Of a stretch of 64,000 bases of DNA, positions 60,917 to 64,000 are shown in pieces. This DNA is from an uncultured Thermotogae bacterium (lineage in GTDB: Bacteria > Bipolaricaulota > Bipolaricaulia > UBA7950 > UBA9294), in the NCBI GenBank assembly GCA_964582285.1, contig CAZORQ010000003.1, positions 12,559-76,558 on the forward strand, read 5' to 3'. The notes under the pieces are model-generated. The model was not told the origin of the DNA. It worked only from the letters and a program-made list of their open reading frames with translations, and did not search any database. The position numbers and the translations under genes were made by a program. The first letter of the stretch is position 1. Each line of letters opens with the position of its first letter.

Positions 60917-63283
60917 CTAGAAGAAAGCCACTGCAGCCTCACCTGGAGGGTCGGTCGGCAGATGCAACAGGTAGTACTTCTTGCCCGTAACGAACTGGTC
61001 TTGATGGATCCCGAACTCCACGGTGGAGTTGCCCGGGATAATGTAGTACACCTCAGCTCCGTTCGCGCGATACCCCTCGCCGTACTGGTTTGTCATCGTG
61101 ATCGCTGACGCAACGGTCTCGCTTCCGGTTTGCGTCGCATCGACGGTGAAGTGGAAGACCGACTCAGGAATCGGAACACCATCCATCGTCAGCTGGCCGA
61201 AAACAGCCAATCCCTCGATCGTCGACGTCAGCACGACCTCGCTTACGTAGTCCGATGTCACAGTGACGTCATCGGAGGCAGAGCATCCGGTATCGCGGAC
61301 GACTGTGACCTCGTAAACGCCGGCGCGACTCACGCTGATCGATTCGGTGTGTCCGACAAACTCTCCCATCGTATTCGTCCACGTGACCGTGTACGGGCTG
61401 GGGCAGCGGCTGATCGTGGCGCTAAGTACAACCATCGGCTCTTCGAGCGTGATGTCCTGGTTCGGCCCCGCATCGACAACCGGCGGTTCGGTGTCTGCAA
61501 GGACGACGACGGAGTCACTCGATGAGCAGCCATTCGAGCCAGTGACCGTGACCGTGTACGAGCCCGGATCGCTGACCGTAATCGTCGGGGAACGACAGAT
61601 GGTGATGCCGCTTGGCGTTGCCCACTCAATGTCGTATGGCGGTCGTCCTCGTGAGATGTTCGCGGTCAGGGTGACGTCCTCGACGTTGCATGTGAGGACC
61701 CCATGGACGAGAGCATCGACGAGGGGTGCCTCGATGTCTTCGGTCACGATGACGGTTCCGACGGAGGAGCAGCCGTTTGCGCCAGTGACCTCGACGGTAT
61801 AGGTCCCCGCTGCGCCGACGGTCACTACACGTCTGTTTCCAACAGGGTTTCCATCCCAGTTTTGCCACGCATACGTGTATGGGGGGCGTCCGCCATCCGC
61901 TTCGGCGCGAAGCGTTGTCTCGGTAACGGCACATGACAGCAAGTCGTCGGCCGTTACATGAACCGTGGGGCCGCCCATATCCTCTGTGACGAGAACCGTC
62001 GCAATCGATGTGCACCCGTTCGCACCCGTAACTCGGACCGTGTAGCTTCCCGGCCGATCGACCGTAATGCACGAGTCACAACCAATGACAGCCCCGCCAC
62101 GGATCCAGTCGATCGAATACGGTGGACATCCACCGGAAATGTGGGCTTGGAGCACGGCCTCGGGCAGTGCACAGGTAAGCGCTCGGTCCACGGTCGCCGT
62201 AACAGTCGGAACATCGAAGTCCGATACAACGACCACGGTATCGCTGACGGAGCAGCCGTTGGCGCCGGTTGCCGTGACCGTATAGCTTCCCGGCTCGTTG
62301 ACCGTGATCGAGAACCCGCTTCCCACAGCGCCATACCCCACTCGCGTCCACTCCACCGAGCAAGGCTCGCACGCAGGCTGACTGGGGCAGAAATCGGCGG
62401 TGAGCGTCACCTCAGGATTCGCGCACGTGAGGATCCTGTCGACGCAGGCTGCGATGGTGGGATTGCAGATTGGCGCACAGGCCGGTGTGCAGGCGGGCGT
62501 ACAGGCCGGAACGCATGTAGGCGTGCACGAAGTCGGCGCGTCAACCACCTTGAGGACATCGGTGCTCATCTCACAGTGGGAGACGGAGAGGTCGGTGAGC
62601 GGCAACGCGCATTGCCAAGGTGACGCGATCAGCGGATAGCGATCGACGACAGGGGCGTAGTACGGCTTGTCTCCGATGCCGTCACAATCGATGTCCACCC
62701 CTTGGTAGTCATGCCAGTAGTTGCCTACTTGGCCACAGTACCAGAGGTTTCGTCCGCCTGGATCGTGGGCGGCGCGTCCATTGGCCACGAAGCTGTTCTT
62801 CGTGATCGTGTTTCCACCCGCCCCGAGCGCCATCGCGGCGCCGGTGTAGTTCTCTACGATGAGGTTTCCCACAATCCCGTTATGGTGGGCGTTATCCAGC
62901 AGGATGCCATTCAGACTTCGAAGCAGTTGACAGCCTTCAATGGAGCCGTTGGTGACACTGGCCAAGCGAATAGCAGCTCCGGAAGCGCCCTCGACGACAC
63001 AGTTGCGGATCACGAAGTGAAGCGATGTGTACTCGATGTTGATCCCGAAGTCCGCGCCATTGGCTGTGACATGCCATCCCTCGATGACGTAGGGGGATGC
63101 CTTCGTGCCGCACCCGGAAACGACGCCGTTCTCGCATGTGAAGCCGGCGTTTCCATGGATGTAGATGGTCTCTCGATCCGCCCAACGGCAGCCGCTCCCG
63201 CAGTCCTGGCCGCTGGTGGGCAGAACCGTGACGAGAGCCAAAACGGCCGAGACAGCGAGCAGCATGCTCATCTTGCGCATCAT
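60917..63283 (-). CDS. Secreted surface protein: parallel beta-helix (NosD/pectin-lyase-like) domain, Cys/Pro/Thr linker, 5 SprB-like Ig repeats, C-terminal domain
   Basis: Signal MMRKMSMLLAVSAVLALV... Beta-helix repeats (..IRNCVVEG..IRLASVTNGSIEGC..GILLDNAHHNGIVGN..). Linker CTPTCVPACTPACTPACAPICNP. Five ~82-aa repeats ..LTC.....L.A..SGG.PPY...W....G......V..PGSYTVTVTGANGC.S... Confidence 0.8.
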   Translation of the reverse strand: MMRKMSMLLAVSAVLALVTVLPTSGQDCGSGCRWADRETIYIHGNAGFTCENGVVSGCGTKASPYVIEGWHVTANGADFGINIEYTSLHFVIRNCVVEGASGAAIRLASVTNGSIEGCQLLRSLNGILLDNAHHNGIVGNLIVENYTGAAMALGAGGNTITKNSFVANGRAAHDPGGRNLWYCGQVGNYWHDYQGVDIDCDGIGDKPYYAPVVDRYPLIASPWQCALPLTDLSVSHCEMSTDVLKVVDAPTSCTPTCVPACTPACTPACAPICNPTIAACVDRILTCANPEVTLTADFCPSQPACEPCSVEWTRVGYGAVGSGFSITVNEPGSYTVTATGANGCSVSDTVVVVSDFDVPTVTATVDRALTCALPEAVLQAHISGGCPPYSIDWIRGGAVIGCDSCITVDRPGSYTVRVTGANGCTSIATVLVTEDMGGPTVHVTADDLLSCAVTETTLRAEADGGRPPYTYAWQNWDGNPVGNRRVVTVGAAGTYTVEVTGANGCSSVGTVIVTEDIEAPLVDALVHGVLTCNVEDVTLTANISRGRPPYDIEWATPSGITICRSPTITVSDPGSYTVTVTGSNGCSSSDSVVVLADTEPPVVDAGPNQDITLEEPMVVLSATISRCPSPYTVTWTNTMGEFVGHTESISVSRAGVYEVTVVRDTGCSASDDVTVTSDYVSEVVLTSTIEGLAVFGQLTMDGVPIPESVFHFTVDATQTGSETVASAITMTNQYGEGYRANGAEVYYIIPGNSTVEFGIHQDQFVTGKKYYLLHLPTDPPGEAAVAFF
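61253..62443 (-). repeat. Five tandem ~82-codon SprB-like/Ig-like domain repeats
   Basis: Residues ~281-677 of the 788-aa protein. Conserved Cys pair, PPY..W and GSYTVTVTG.NGC motifs recur with regular spacing. Confidence 0.8.
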
Positions 63284-63520
63284 CGCCTCCTTGACACGAT
63301 GTAGACGAAGAGAAACTGAATTCCAGTCTTAAGATTACGAGTATAGTGTTCGTGAGCTGATTGGTCGGTAACGTCTGTCACAGATGGGGTTTGCGGGCTG
63401 CCGAACCATGGTGTCGACTACGCGAACGCGGGGCCATCTGCACGCGATGGATCATGATCGCGTGATGGATGGGTAAGGATGCGCGGACCCCGCCACGGGA
63501 GCTCGCTGCTCATGTTCCGC

Positions 63521-63949
63521 CTATTGCTCAGATGACTTCGAGTATCGGCGGGCGTCGGCCACGGCCTGGATCGTTGTCGTTTCGAGGAAGTGGACGACGG
63601 CGTCTCGAGCTGGCTTCCAGATGGAATGAAGCGAGCACGGGATATTGCAGTCGCACGGGTCAAGCAGGAGCGGGCAGTCGTTCAGGATTGCGGGGCCATC
63701 GAGAGCCACAACAATGTCCTTGATCGTGATGTCTGCGGCGGGACGAGAGAGCCTTATCCCGCCCTGCTTACCGCGAGTTGCCTGGACGAGACCGGCTCGG
63801 TGAAGCTGGTTGATGATCTTGGCGAGGAGGGGATACGGTGAGGATGTCGCCTCAGCGATTTGCCGTGTTGGGATGAGATCGTCTGTCTTGCGTGCCGCGA
63901 CATCGGCAAGTGCCAGCACGGCATACTTCGCGGTCTTCGAGTACAGCAT
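63521..63949 (-). CDS. Rrf2-family transcriptional regulator (IscR/NsrR-like)
   Basis: MLYSKTAKYAVLALADVA.., wHTH ..IAEATSSPYPLLAKIINQLHRAGLVQATRGKQGGIRLSRP... Cys cluster ..NDCPLLLDPCDCNIPCSLH... Confidence 0.88.
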   Translation of the reverse strand: MLYSKTAKYAVLALADVAARKTDDLIPTRQIAEATSSPYPLLAKIINQLHRAGLVQATRGKQGGIRLSRPAADITIKDIVVALDGPAILNDCPLLLDPCDCNIPCSLHSIWKPARDAVVHFLETTTIQAVADARRYSKSSEQ

Positions 63950-64000
63950 AGTCTCTCCTTGGCCGGGCCTGCTATGGGACCGTACACGTCCGAAGCGATG

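Overview
GC-rich, very compact bacterial chromosomal segment. Many genes overlap by 1-20 nt and Shine-Dalgarno sites of the GGAGG type are strong. I count about 66 protein genes and one tRNA-Leu(GAG). I saw no rRNA, no CRISPR array, and no recognisable transposase, integrase or phage genes. All calls come from reading the ORF translations for family-diagnostic motifs from memory; no searches were run. Family names are therefore best judgements, and many start codons were re-picked by eye from SD spacing and are uncertain. Contents in order: (1) a peptide-type ABC importer fragment with two amidohydrolases and a threonine aldolase; (2) tsaC and ychF; (3) a lipoylation operon (stand-alone lipoyl domain, lipB, lipA, lplA-like, DUF501); (4) a secreted vWA/RTX/Ig-repeat protein; (5) a split RsmF-type methyltransferase; (6) an IMPase-family gene and a Zn-ribbon protein (15449-15943), then the plsX-fabHDG-acpP cluster and tRNA-Leu; (7) a second vWA protein; (8) a minus-strand block coding for an extracytoplasmic thiol-redox module (DUF1573 plus two Cys-less rhodanese domains, Trx-CcdA fusion, tail-anchored Trx), a SigB/F-type sigma factor, a 94-aa unknown and an SDR; (9) hypB-hypA-hypF with no hydrogenase in view; (10) lemA-DUF2207-DUF922; (11) a serine-pathway trio including DUF1015; (12) a terminator-bracketed operon of a beta-rich secreted protein, a sigma paralogue that lacks the region 4.2 HTH, and a PKD lipoprotein; (13) a cytoplasmic RdhA-like Fe-S protein, YcaQ and a membrane protein; (14) an isoprenoid/hopanoid operon of about 9 kb and nine overlapping genes (polyprenyl synthase, hpnH, hpnG, shc, ispH, yjbQ, hpnC, hpnD, hpnE), preceded by an intramembrane-type histidine kinase with two NarL-type regulators and facing dxr; (15) a tandem-GAF protein and a 1343-aa tandem-cyclase/P-loop/TPR protein; (16) a beta-helix/SprB-like repeat surface protein; (17) an Rrf2 regulator. 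My best candidates for undescribed biology are the two sigma-centred envelope loci (especially the truncated sigma operon at 36.7-39.4 kb), the kinase-hopanoid linkage, and the pseudo-heterodimeric cyclase locus. All functional links are inference.
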